The notes beneath the pieces were generated by a model. That model was not told the origin of the DNA, ran no database searches, and saw nothing but the letters and a program-made list of their open reading frames with translations. A stretch of 49,607 nt of DNA from Octopus bimaculoides. Its lineage: Eukaryota. Both the position numbers and the translations under genes were made by a program. Shown piece after piece: positions 12,528-24,200 of the stretch (positions are counted from its first letter, which is position 1; every line of letters starts with the position of its first letter). Location of the stretch: assembly GCF_001194135.2 (NCBI RefSeq), contig NC_068988.1:25082129-25131735 (forward strand), given 5' to 3'.

Positions 12528-13251
12528 ATGCTCAGTTTATGCTTGGTCGATGTACCGAGAAGCGGTTACTTCATTGTCCCGGCCTTGACTGTTGTTTTCG
12601 AAAACCACCGCTCCAAGATTCTGGTTGAGTGCTATCCCGCCCCATAACATGATTCTCTGCCCCCACCCCCGCCATGAGTCTTTCTCCACCACACAACCAT
12701 CAGTCCTCCATTGCAAAATAATAAATAAGAACTAGGGAAAAGTTGTTCAACAGAAACCGTTCAAGGCAATGGCCCCAGCATGGGTGCAGTCCATTGTCTG
12801 ACACAAGTGAAAGCATTATAAAACCAGAGCTTGAATCGTCACTACTAAACACTACACTTTTCAACCGACTTACCACTCTCGTCAACCGTTTCTTGAATAC
12901 TTGTTAAATTAAAAGACCTCTCAATTCATTGTATACCAAACACCTAAGACTTCTATTGTTTCTTGTTATCTATCGTTCTATCGCTTCCCAGCGATAATAT
13001 ATAATATTAAAGCAGCCAATAAAACAGCCTTATCGTTATATACAGCAATGCTGTAGAAACGTTAATTGCTTAGAGAAGTCTACTTATCATACGAGGCAAG
13101 AAAGTTACATATCTTTGGCCTGATGTGGTGAGATTGCAACAGTGAGGTTTTTTCAAATTAAAAGTGGTGTGACATGATATTGTTTATTTATTGAATTTAT
13201 TTCCACACTAATTTCTTTGCAACAAAATACCATTTAATCACGCTATTCGGT

Positions 13252-13332
<81 letters not shown>

Positions 13333-14238
13333 GTTCAAGTGTGTGCATGAGTGTGTGGGAATGTCAGAGAATGTGTTTATGTGCGTGTGTGGTTGTGTGT
13401 GTGGGTGGGTGGGTGCGAGTGTGCATGTGTGTGTCAGTATATGCTTGTGTACGTGTCGTGCCTGTGGGAACTATGTACATTTGTATGGACATAACTGTGG
13501 TCGTATATATGTACATATATAGACACACATGCATATATGTGTGTGTATGAATATATGTACATATATGTATATATGTGTGTGTATTCACACATATGTGAAT
13601 ATATGCATATCTATATCTATATATGTATATACATATACATAAATATATACATACATACATATACACACATACATATGCGTGTATATTTATACGTTCAATA
13701 CGCGCATACACATGTAATATACTTGAAAACATAGCTTGCACTGCGGGATTTCTTCATTAGTTTTCGATTGAAGATCTCAAAGTTTTTACATATTCCAAGA
13801 TAAATACTCATTCCAGCTGCGCCCGAACAGCATCGAAGCTATAAAATATTAACACTTTTCCTGTAGTGTACATAGTCGCAATACTTTTTTTTCAGTGTAA
13901 CCCCTGCCAAGACCACTTCATACACATTACAGCTGCAATCATCCTAACCATGGGGCGACAATTTTTCTATACTCACAGTAGATTTGCGAGTATAGAAATC
14001 TATACTCACAAATATATTGCTCTCAGCCTTCTTATGTATCCGCTTTTTGTCATACGAATAATTAAGGATTTCTACGATTCTAGTTCAGATGAGGGTATTA
14101 TCGGTTTGGCAACCAATACACAGTGACTGGACATATCGTATTCGTGCTTCACACGATCCCTTAGTCATTATATGTACAAGGCGTTTCTTTTATGACTAAT
14201 ATGCATATGTGGGCGTTTGAGTATGTCTAGTGTACTTG

Positions 14239-14283
<45 letters not shown>

Positions 14284-14284
14284 A

Positions 14285-14860
14285 GTTAAACGCAGGTGTT
14301 GTTCAAACTCTTTTCCTTCCGACACATGTTTCGAAGATATCACTGGTATTATTCCAAAGGATTAAAATGTTGTAAAACAATGTTATCTTAGTGCATTTTT
14401 AAGGCAATCCTTAAACCTTCGTTTAGGCTTATGGGCTGGTCTCCTGCCATATTCTAGCTCACCATACAATAGCTGCTTGGGCAGTCGGTCATCACTCATT
14501 CTTACCAAGTGTCCCCCACGTCACCTCAAATATCTTTGTAAAATCATTGACTCTATACTTCTACTGCCACTCCTCTCAAGCACCTCCTCATTATTAATGA
14601 CCATTTTCCAGTTTATCCCCCAAATTTTTCTCAGACAGTATTGATGTAATCGTTCTAATTGCCTTACCTTCCTACTCTAAACAACCCAAGCCTCAACGCC
14701 ATATATCAAAGATGGGAGGTCGCATGTGTTATACACCTTAACTTTAATTTGTGAAGATTTATTATGTTGTTTCAACAGAAGCGTATCAAGCCTACCGAAA
14801 GTACTACTAGCCCTGCTTATTCTGTAAGAAATTTCATCATCAAGACCAGCGGTGCTCAAG
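14285..14860 (-). mobile_element. RTE-clade LINE fragment (post-RT region), decayed
   Basis: [19 protein letters not shown]...KVKVYNTCDLPSLIYGVEAWVV*SRKVRQLERLHQYCLRKIWGINWKMVINNEEVLERSGSRSIESMILQRYLR*..GHLVRMSDDRLPKQLLYGELEYGRRPAHKPKRRFKDCLK. These are hallmark RTE/BovB motifs with internal stops. Confidence 0.92.
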
Positions 14861-14915
14861 GTACATGCATACATATATACATAGACAGAGAGATAAATAC
14901 ATATGTATAGTTGTG

Positions 14916-14985
<70 letters not shown>

Positions 14986-16024
14986 TACTTTTATGTTTAT
15001 CTACGTTCTTGTCCCGTACATATATATACATACATGCATGCATGCATACATACGTATGTATGTATGTAGGCATGCATACATACATACGCATGTATGTCTG
15101 CATGTATGTATATCTCCATGTATGTATGTAGGAAATGTTGATGAAAAGTCGAAAAATGCAATTACACCATACGCAGTGTTTAGAGTATAAATATTCTAAT
15201 CCCGTAAGCTTAAACCATTAATGGAAAAACCGAAATCGTCGTCCAACAATAACACGTTACTTTTGTATCTATAATAGAATGAAAACACTAACACCAATGG
15301 CGGAAGAATGCATATCACCGTTGAGTAGCTTAGTCTGGATTTAATATCATACGAGTTTGAAGTATGTTTTTAAAACAAAAATAGTTATGAATTTTTATGG
15401 CAATGGAAGCAGGACAGCAAAAATATAGCCATACACAGATACATAGTTATTCTCACATATACTCGTATGGCGGTAAATAAATANNNNNNNNNNNNNNNNN
15501 NNNNNNNNNNNNNNNNNNNNNNNNNNNNNNNNNNNNNNNNNNNNNNNNNNNNNNNNNNNNNNNNNNNNNNNNNNNNNNNNNNNNNNNNNNNNNNNNNNNN
15601 NNNNNNNNNNNNNNNNNNNNNNNNNNNNNNNNNNNNNNNNNNNNNNNNNNNNNNNNNNNNNNNNNNNNNNNNNNNNNNNNNNNNNNNNNNNNNNNNNNNN
15701 NNNNNNNNNNNNNNNNNNNNNNNNNNNNNNNNNNNNNNNNNNNNNNNNNNNNNNNNNNNNNNNNNNNNNNNNNNNNNNNNNNNNNNNNNNNNNNNNNNNN
15801 NNNNNNNNNNNNNNNNNNNNNNNNNNNNNNNNNNNNNNNNNNNNNNNNNNNNNNNNNNNNNNNNNNNNNNNNNNNNNNNNNNNNNNNNNNNNNNNNNNNN
15901 NNNNNNNNNNNNNNNNNNNNNNNNNNNNNNNNNNNNNNNNNNNNNNNNNNNNNNNNNNNNNNNNNNNNNNNNNNNNNNNNNNNNNNNNNNNNNNNNNNNN
16001 NNNNNNNNNNNNNNNNNNNNNNNN

Positions 16025-16170
16025 GTGGGTTAGGCTGAGAGTAGGGATAGAGGTGGGGTATGTGGCTAGACTGAGGGTGGGGGTAGAGGTAGGGTATGCG
16101 GGAGTGGGTGTAAGGGATGTGCTGGGGTGGGATAGGCTGGAGAGGGAAGGTGGGTTGGATTGTGTAGGGG
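16025..16170 (+). repeat. G-rich low-complexity tract with many GGG runs
   Basis: Read directly. Its composition resembles the linker at 19760-20000 inside the Penelope-like element. Confidence 0.85.
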
Positions 16171-16208
<38 letters not shown>

Positions 16209-16329
16209 AATTAATATAAACAGCGATGCGCAAGTGTTACCATAAAAGAAATATATTAGTGTCCCTACATATAGCCAGATCATTAAATCCTCATGTTTAC
16301 TATGTAGTGCCACAATCCCCCTGTCCGTT

Positions 16330-16368
16330 ACTTCTTTCCATGTTATTATTAGTTGTACTCTTTTTGCT

Positions 16369-16412
<44 letters not shown>

Positions 16413-17550
16413 GTCGTGGTCCTATTTGTTTTGGTTGTCTTACATTTTCTATGTTTCTTCTGCTACTAACTTTCTTTCCCGTTTCTTTTTCTTGCTCCTT
16501 CAGATTCAGATTCTTCAGATTCCTCCTCGCCTTCCTTACAGTATTTCTTTATATGACCTAGCTGGCCACACTGAAAACATCGACAAAAACGTTGAGGAAC
16601 TCCTCCCCAACTTCTATTTTTTCTGGAAGTTGTTCCAATATAGCTTGTTCTGTTTGAATTAACAGGTGGTCGGTCCAATTTGCTTTTTCTCAAATGGTAG
16701 CCTGAGGTATTTTTATCTCATCTACACTTTCTGACAGGACTACGGCCATCAACCACATATGATCAACTTGAGGTCGGACAATCGGTATTCCTATTTTGGC
16801 TGTCCTCATACCCATGTATATTGCTATTAAAATTAAGTCTTCTGTTTCCAAGGATTTCACTGGGTGCAATTGTGCAGTTTCGATATTTTTTAGGTGTAAT
16901 TCGATGGTACCAAACTTTTTCCCTCGGGCTAGATATGTGATATCCTGTCAGATGGGCTTTAACATTTTTTCTACCTTCTCGCTTACTCGCTCAATTTTTC
17001 TTTCTTTTTGTCAGTATGACTTGGATATAAAAGTTTTTTTTCCTTCTCTCACAATAAAAACTCTTCTGGGGGTTGAATTTTGACAACGCCGTCTTGAATT
17101 GTAATCATGTCCTTGTACATCAACAAATCACTTTTATTCGTCAACAGTTTGCGAGTTCTATCTCCAGCTGCCGACGGAAAACTACTTTTCTGTTTGCCTT
17201 CCTCCGTTTGAAGGCTTTTCATCTCGATGTTCCTCCTTGCAACGGTAATCCTCTACAATAGTGGGAATTCGTTTTCAGACGAATCCGAAACATCTTTCAA
17301 TAACATTTTTTCAACTTTTTTGGCGTCTAAATCTGTCGAATCCTCGTCTGACGAAGACAATCTTTTTGGCATCTTGCCAGCAATTAATGTTTCTCCCTAC
17401 AGAGGAAATCACACAATAGTTTTCGAACAAAAACTATTATACAAATTTTAAAAGGTACAGCAAATAAAACAGGCAACAACACGGAAACAGTCAACAGAAA
17501 CTACACTTACTATATTAAGGTACTTCGGCAATACCAACACTTCCAACTCA
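16330..17550 (-). pseudogene. Decayed LINE ORF1 (gag-like, CCHC zinc knuckle) with 5' UTR; L1/Tx1-like assignment tentative
   Basis: Minus strand reads MPKRLSSSDEDSTDLDAKKVEKMLL... with several stops and frameshifts, then YLARGKKFGTIELHLKN..SLETEDLILIAIYMGMRTAKIGIP, then CFQCGQLGHIKKYC (CX2CX4HX4C) and a K/E-rich tail. A T42 tract (A42 in sense) lies at 16370-16411. No ORF2 is visible. Confidence 0.75.
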
Positions 17551-17615
17551 CAGAGACGAAATACTGCTATGAATTTCGCTCGGCATGCTAACGTTTCTGC
17601 CAGTTCGACAGCTTC
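17551..17615 (-). mobile_element. SINE family A head only
   Basis: Reverse complement reads GCTGTCGAACTGGCAGAAACGTTAGCATGCCGAGCGAAATTCATAGCAGTATTTCGTCT and breaks off before the B box. Confidence 0.8.
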
Positions 17616-18000
17616 AAATGAGTAGTAATAACACTGCACAATTGTGTGGAGTGACAAAAGTATTGTCTCACTTAGTTGTGCACTGTTTTCTATTAATGTA
17701 TAAATATTTATAAGAAGGCTAATACTACTTGACGCACTTTTATAACTTCATTAATACTACCTGTTGTTTAGCATTATAATATTTTTCCATATCACTCTAT
17801 TCGATTTCAAATCCTGCTGAGGGTAAGTCGATATTGATATAATAAGTAGTAGACAAGTATTAGAATTGAATTAATCAACTAAACAACGTTACTGATGGAA
17901 AATTAGATTGTATTATTTAGAAAATCGAAGATGACAGAACCGGTAGAATACCCGCCAAAAATATTAACCATATTTTGTTATGTAATCTTAAGTCTTAGTT

Positions 18001-18206
18001 TACGAAGAGGTACTGAAATATTCCTGGCTTTAAGGATGTTGCGAGCCCCAAACTTGTGAATTGTTTTACAAGGGTTAGAAAACTGAAGGAAGGCTGCAAT
18101 AATTGTGTGAATCTGAGAGGGGAATATGTTGAATAAGTTATCTAATTATCTAATCCTCCTGTAATTTTTTTACACAAAGTAAGGAACTTTTCAGCATCTC
18201 ATCTTA
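18001..18206. mobile_element. Mariner-derived MITE (~205 bp)
   Basis: Imperfect TIRs: left TACGAAGAGGTACTGAAATATTCCTGGCTTTA, right (reverse complement) TAAGATGAGATGCTGAAAAGTTCCTTACTTT, with TA at both ends. Its reverse complement is co-linear with 46749-46955. Confidence 0.8.
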
Positions 18207-19357
18207 AGACTTTCTATGCTAGTTTGAGACATTTATTATAATAAGGACCACAGACGTATTGGTTTCGATATAAAAGACTGCAGAAATAATTCAATATATA
18301 TGGCTTGCAGCTATACTAAAAAAATCCATGTTAACGTACGTCGATGCGGATTGGGAATTTCAGTTCAAGTGGTCAATAATTATGATAAAATTGTTTAAGA
18401 GGTGTTCCAGAGTCTATTCTTACTGTAGTCATATATAATATGTAGCTGTTATTGTTTAACATCAGCAATAAAATATTTTGATTCTGCCCTTCATTTAGTG
18501 CAAGTAAATACGTGCTCTGAACTGTGAACTGCTCCGCATATGAGTATTAAACATTTTCTACTTAAAATTCGGGTAGTTGCTATGAGACGGTGTGGGAAAC
18601 ATAACCGCTAACACTACGTTTAACAGTTTTCATATCTGCTGAGTAAGCTTCAAAATCAAGTCTCCGCTCCCATGATATTAGTGCAACGTAGTCTACACAA
18701 AACTGTGCAATCGTATCTCATTTATTCTTGTGACACATATTGTTCTTGCTGTTTAATGCGAAGTAGCTTACCACATTTAGAATCGGCATGCATAAATCGA
18801 TATTTTTTCCTTCGAGAACGAGTATGGAAAACGTCACTCTAAATTGATGTGACGCGTGAATTACAGCAAGCATTCCAAAATTATGTTTTAAAGGTGTGAA
18901 TTGAATTTTATTGAAATTACACATTGACATCATTCATTTATCCTATTTTGACGCGTCGGTACAGACAGTCATTGATTTATAGCATTTGTGAAGAAAGGTA
19001 AAAGTAACAAGCACAATTATCAGCAGAGGAAATATTATTCAGAACCACACAAGTTTTATAGTTTTCTTGCCGACGATTACAATCTTCATCAACATGAACT
19101 AGTGAATGCTACACACAATCACTATTGCATACTCACACAGCATGACCATATATATGCGCGCGCGCGTGTGTGCGGGGAGTGCATGTGCTTGGGCGTGTAT
19201 GCATGAGTGCGTGTGCGTGTATGTGATTACGTTTCTGTGTGTATGTTTATACATGTATGCTTGTATATACATGTACTAATGCATTATGTATGTATGAATA
19301 TGAATACACACACACACACATATATATTTATAGATACATACCCACATACATACAAAC

Positions 19358-19405
<48 letters not shown>

Positions 19406-19454
19406 GCGTGTGTGTGTGTGCGTGTGTGTGTGCGTGTATGTATGTATATGTATA

Positions 19455-20283
19455 TATACATAGTTGAAATTGCAGAGAAACAAAAGACGAAGACAGGTGT
19501 ATGAAGAACTAGAATGTGTATTGGTTTGACGCTCGGGAAAGTCTTTTACGTTTCGAGTTTACGCTCTTCAACAGAGAGGAATATGTGGAAGTAAACAGAG
19601 AGAAAATACAAAAAAAAAAATCGTGGATTTAGTGATCAATCATGGCGACTGATTGGAAAGAGTTTGACAGGAGAGCTAGGAAGAAGGAAAGATAATAAAC
19701 GAAGATGCGCGTGCGGTTGTGTATGTGAGAGTGTGTAAGTGTGTGTGAGTGGACAGAGGCTAGTGACTTTTACGTGCGGATATGTGCGTGTGTAAGTGAG
19801 TGCATCTGTAATATGTGAGTGTGCGTATGATGGTGTATGGATGTGTAGATAATGTTGTGTGATCTGGGTGCTGGGAAGTGGTCAGTGCTAGTGTGTATGG
19901 AGTGGTGTGGTGTGGAGGTGTGGGGTTGTGAATTTGTGAGAATGTGGAGTAATGGGTGGGGTAGGTCGGAGTGGGATATGTGGAGTGGGATGTGGATGGT
20001 GGGGGTATCAATGAAGAGAGAAGGTGGGTAGGACTGAAGAGAGGAAGTAGGTATCAGAGCAAGAGAGGAGAGGAGAGGGAATCAGATGAAGAGAGGAGGT
20101 GGAGTTGAGTTCATGTGGCGCAAAGGAGCGAAAAGTGACGATTAAACCCTGTTCACGGTGAAGGCGAGAGTCCAGTTGGCCTCTGTGCAAAGACAATCCG
20201 AACACAGGCAGGTGTTGTAGTGAATGACCGGTAGAGCGGAAATGGTGCGAGACCACGGTGTCATTGCCGAGCCTGATGTCTTT
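19455..20283 (-). mobile_element. Penelope-like element 3' fragment: GIY-YIG endonuclease C-terminus, CA-rich linker, terminal (pLTR-like) repeat
   Basis: DIRLGNDTVVSHHFRSTGHSLQHLPVFGLSLHRGQLDSRLHREQGLIVTFRSFAPHELN resembles the C-terminal half of PLE GIY-YIG domains (V..HF..GHS...R...E..I..L....P.GLN). 19455-19660 is the reverse complement of 48575-48776. Confidence 0.82.
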
Positions 20284-20715
20284 GCATTTGTAATAATATA
20301 AATATGTAAACATAGTGGGGATATTGCACTGATGCTTCACTCCAGCTACTTGTATATTAATTACCAGGCAGCGTCTGTGTTTTTAATGCCATTGCCTCCA
20401 GCGGATTGAATGATGCTGCTCAGGTGTCGAAACCATAGTGATATCCGTTAGGTAGCTGATGATGGTAAAATGTAGATATTTTTCAGTTCTATATTTAAGT
20501 AGATGTTTTTGTTTTCTGTGATTTTTTATATCTTGGGTCTTCATTCTTCTGAGTTTCCCATTCTTCTAATATGATGTACTTGTTAAAAGGTTCGTGATCA
20601 TCGTGTTGTTTGTTTTATCACATATATTGACGATGAATGATTGTTCTCATTGATAAACTAATTATGCTAGGATAATACTTAATTAAGGGTATCTAGTTTT
20701 GGAATATTTTGTTTC

Positions 20716-20780
<65 letters not shown>

Positions 20781-22708
20781 TGTGTATGTGTGCGTATAAA
20801 ATCGCGTGAGATTGTTAACTCGAAAGTCCCTTTAATATTTGGCGCTACTCTAAATATAATATCTCTCTCTTTTGTGCTGTACCTAAAATGTTATTCGAAC
20901 TTTTCACACCGAATAATCTAGTTAGGAATAGGTGCCATCTTCACTTACATTAGTATCGTGTGCATCTCTATTCTTATCACTCATCAGTTTTTGCAAGTAA
21001 TACATTTTATTACTCATAACGTCCTATGCTACTCAAAATTCAGCCTTCCGAAGACACGATTAGTTAGATACTGTGTCTTATAGTTCAGCAGTGTCTTATA
21101 GTTCAGAGGATTATGTATACTCGGCTATCTTCTTAGACCTGTTATCGTTTAGGCATATCGTCACCACAACAGTATATGTTCTTGATTTCCATTTATATAA
21201 AGAAGAATGCTAGGTATATCCTGCATACATTCTTCTGGTTTTGATGAATTTGGTGTTTATAACATTGTCGTCCTTTATCAAGACGTATATCGCATCTCTT
21301 TGTTTGTATATTTAATTTTGTCTCCCTGTGTAATTTGCTGCCTCTTAAACTATTTTTACCTCAGCTAAATTTCTACCTCATTTGCCAGAGAATGCTCAAT
21401 CTACGTTTAAATGGCGGAAGTAAACGGCATTGTTCCATTCGTAATAGGAGGATTGCAAATGGCAGAGGTAATGGTGGTAGCAAACCTTTTTGTTTTTGAT
21501 GGGAGTGCTGGTACAAGTGAAAAAGCTCTTATTTCGGATAATATCAAGTTTCCTGGATGAAGAATACGATGGGGCAATAGTGAATTGTATTTCTGTCAAC
21601 ATATTTGTTGTTGTTAAACATACGTCAACATTTTCGCCATTGTTGTGGTTGTTAATTATTCAGGTTCACTCTCGCAATTCGATTTCATGTTTTTAATGTT
21701 CCTTGTAATGTTAGATACTGCAGTTGATTTAATTCATATATTGCTTTTTGCTGTTGTTATTCCACAAGTGGCAGTTGCCTTGTTGGATGTCACTCCTACT
21801 CCTCAAAATAAAGCGTTAGAATTTAGGAATAATGCGTCAGAAGAAGGAACTGAGAGTATTCAATCAGATAAATAAATTAGTCAAACAAGCAGTATCAGCA
21901 ACCTGCCCCGTAATTCATTTTATCGCCATAGTGGAAGTAAATGAAAACTTGGTCTTAGCGGACTTTTAGATTGGAACGTAAATAACTAGAACAGATAACG
22001 ATACATATTGTCCAGCTTTCTGACACTGTCAAATTGCCGCGTTTCGTAAGATGATGATACACAACAGCTTATTTATATATTTACTTATTTATTTATTTAC
22101 ACTAAATACACAGGTGCCATTTATTTACACTTAATTCTCAAGACAGCTAGGGAACATTTTAGTCGTTAGACATGCTGAAAAAAACTCATCTCTTCTATAA
22201 AGCAAAGTCTATCGTACCATAACGTGAAAAGAAACATTAACGAATATGGTTCACGTACCATTCAGATTACGAGATTTCATTGCAGATCATACGTCTGCTC
22301 TACTATGTTTAAGCCTGGTGGCAAACGATGGCTGATAGAAAAATAATGAAATCATTTCTTAAATAGATATGAAAACTATAAACTACTTTATTTATAAGTC
22401 TCATGTCAAATATCCTTCGGTAATTTCAATGGGAAACAAGGTTTTGGTAGAGGACGTATTAATGATATGTGTGTGTGTGTGTGTTTGGGAGTGTACGTGT
22501 TTTTTGTGTGCATCTGTACTTGTGTATATGTGTGTTTGTGTGTGCGTGATATACATATACCAAAAATTATTTTGCTTGAGCTATTATACTTCAACCTACC
22601 TGCTTCCATATTAAATATGTCTTAAATAGTTGGATGAAAGTAATTGAAAAAATATGAATAAAACAATAATTAGCAACAAACAATAGTCCCATATATACAT
22701 ACATGCAT

Positions 22709-22739
<31 letters not shown>

Positions 22740-22747
22740 TAAATTCT

Positions 22748-22786
<39 letters not shown>

Positions 22787-22810
22787 GCATACACACACAC
22801 ACACAAATAA

Positions 22811-22841
<31 letters not shown>

Positions 22842-23499
22842 CACACATATGTTAAGATTATCTGTATGGATTTTCTATACAATTCAGAATCGATTCTGCA
22901 AGTTACATTTCGTATACGAATACGTTTATGTAAGCAATGCGATAGTAATGTGTGTATATGCGTGTTTCAAGAGTTATTATACTTTAATAAGCACCACACT
23001 CACCCATCAACTCTCTACAAACGCATTACTTAAATACCATCTAAGTGCACTTATACAGATATTATCAATTTGATGGAGGTGGGTAAGCTAATTAACATTT
23101 GTTTACTAATAACATATCATCGGCTCTAGTTATTAACCAAAAAATTGTAGACCCACCTTCCGTGGACACGGGGTACTACTACATAATGTTATTGTGGTTT
23201 TCATTGCTATAATTGTTCATACATTCTATGTTAACTGTAGAAGATAATGGTTAATATCTATTTTCATAGTGGGAAAACAACTCCGTTACTTGTGGCGCCA
23301 TATGTTTTTCATAGGCAACATCGCTATTAAAACGTCTGAAAATTTCACAAAATCAACGGAAGGGATTGCTAGTCAGCTTCATAAGAAAGTGCTAAGAAAG
23401 AAACTTAGTTCAAGACTTCCAAATATGATAACAACTTACGGACTCTAAATCGAAGTCAACAACAATAATGATATCATATTACCTCAGAGTTGATTTGTC

Positions 23500-24200
23500 T
23501 ATAAATGCTAGGGATGATTATCATGCGTATTATTATTCATTTATTTTTTGCTTTGTTTTATATGAATGATATCATGTTGTACACTGCAGACGATAAGTAA
23601 CAAAAGAATATACAATATTATACTTGTATTTCCAAGCGGAATTGATTTGATATATAGACTAGGAAATAAATGCGCAAAAGCAACTTAGAAAGAGAGGAAA
23701 ATTAATTAAGAACATTCATATCTTAGTAGACATAAAAAAGAGAGCAGAGATAAGAGATTTCGAACAAACATAGATATAGAAGTATTTATAAATCCATGAA
23801 TTTGATTAGAGTAGAACTCGCAGACAGATAAAAATATTATCAAAAAATGTTATAGGTGAATTATATTAATATTCTGAACAAAATATATATTATTAAACAA
23901 AAAATTAGTAATAGACACCAACACACTTTTCCAGTAATACAATATAGTTATAAATGTAAAACTGAGCTGAGTGATAAATAAACTGGTAAGTGTAGATAGA
24001 CATATGTACTGAAATTAGAATACAGCATCCATAACGTTACACAGGTGGACTATATTCATCATGAATTAAAGGAAGAAAAGTCCCATGTAACAAAATAACT
24101 AATACAAAATCTCCATCAGAGTTCTATAAAGATACAGTGTCAGAGATAATATAAAATTAATGAGAAAAAATGTAAATAACGAACGAAATACAAATAAAGA
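23500..24200 (+). mobile_element. Highly decayed R4/Dong LINE RT fragment
   Basis: FYMNDIMLYTADDK at 23556-23597 is the YMDD catalytic motif mutated. It is followed by remnants of RLGNKCAKATLERGKLI and later RIQHP..., which match the element at 2468-4116, with many stops and frameshifts. Confidence 0.72.

Noticed and set aside
12566-12585. CATTGTCCCGGCCT resembles the 3' part of miR-92
   Set aside because: The seed (ATTGCAC) is absent and there is no precursor hairpin.
18780-18985. Hox/Pbx-like TGATTTAT and CGATTTAT sites suggesting an enhancer; similar homeodomain-type words at 2040-2220
   Set aside because: Such AT-rich 8-mers are expected several times per window by chance. Conservation data would be needed.
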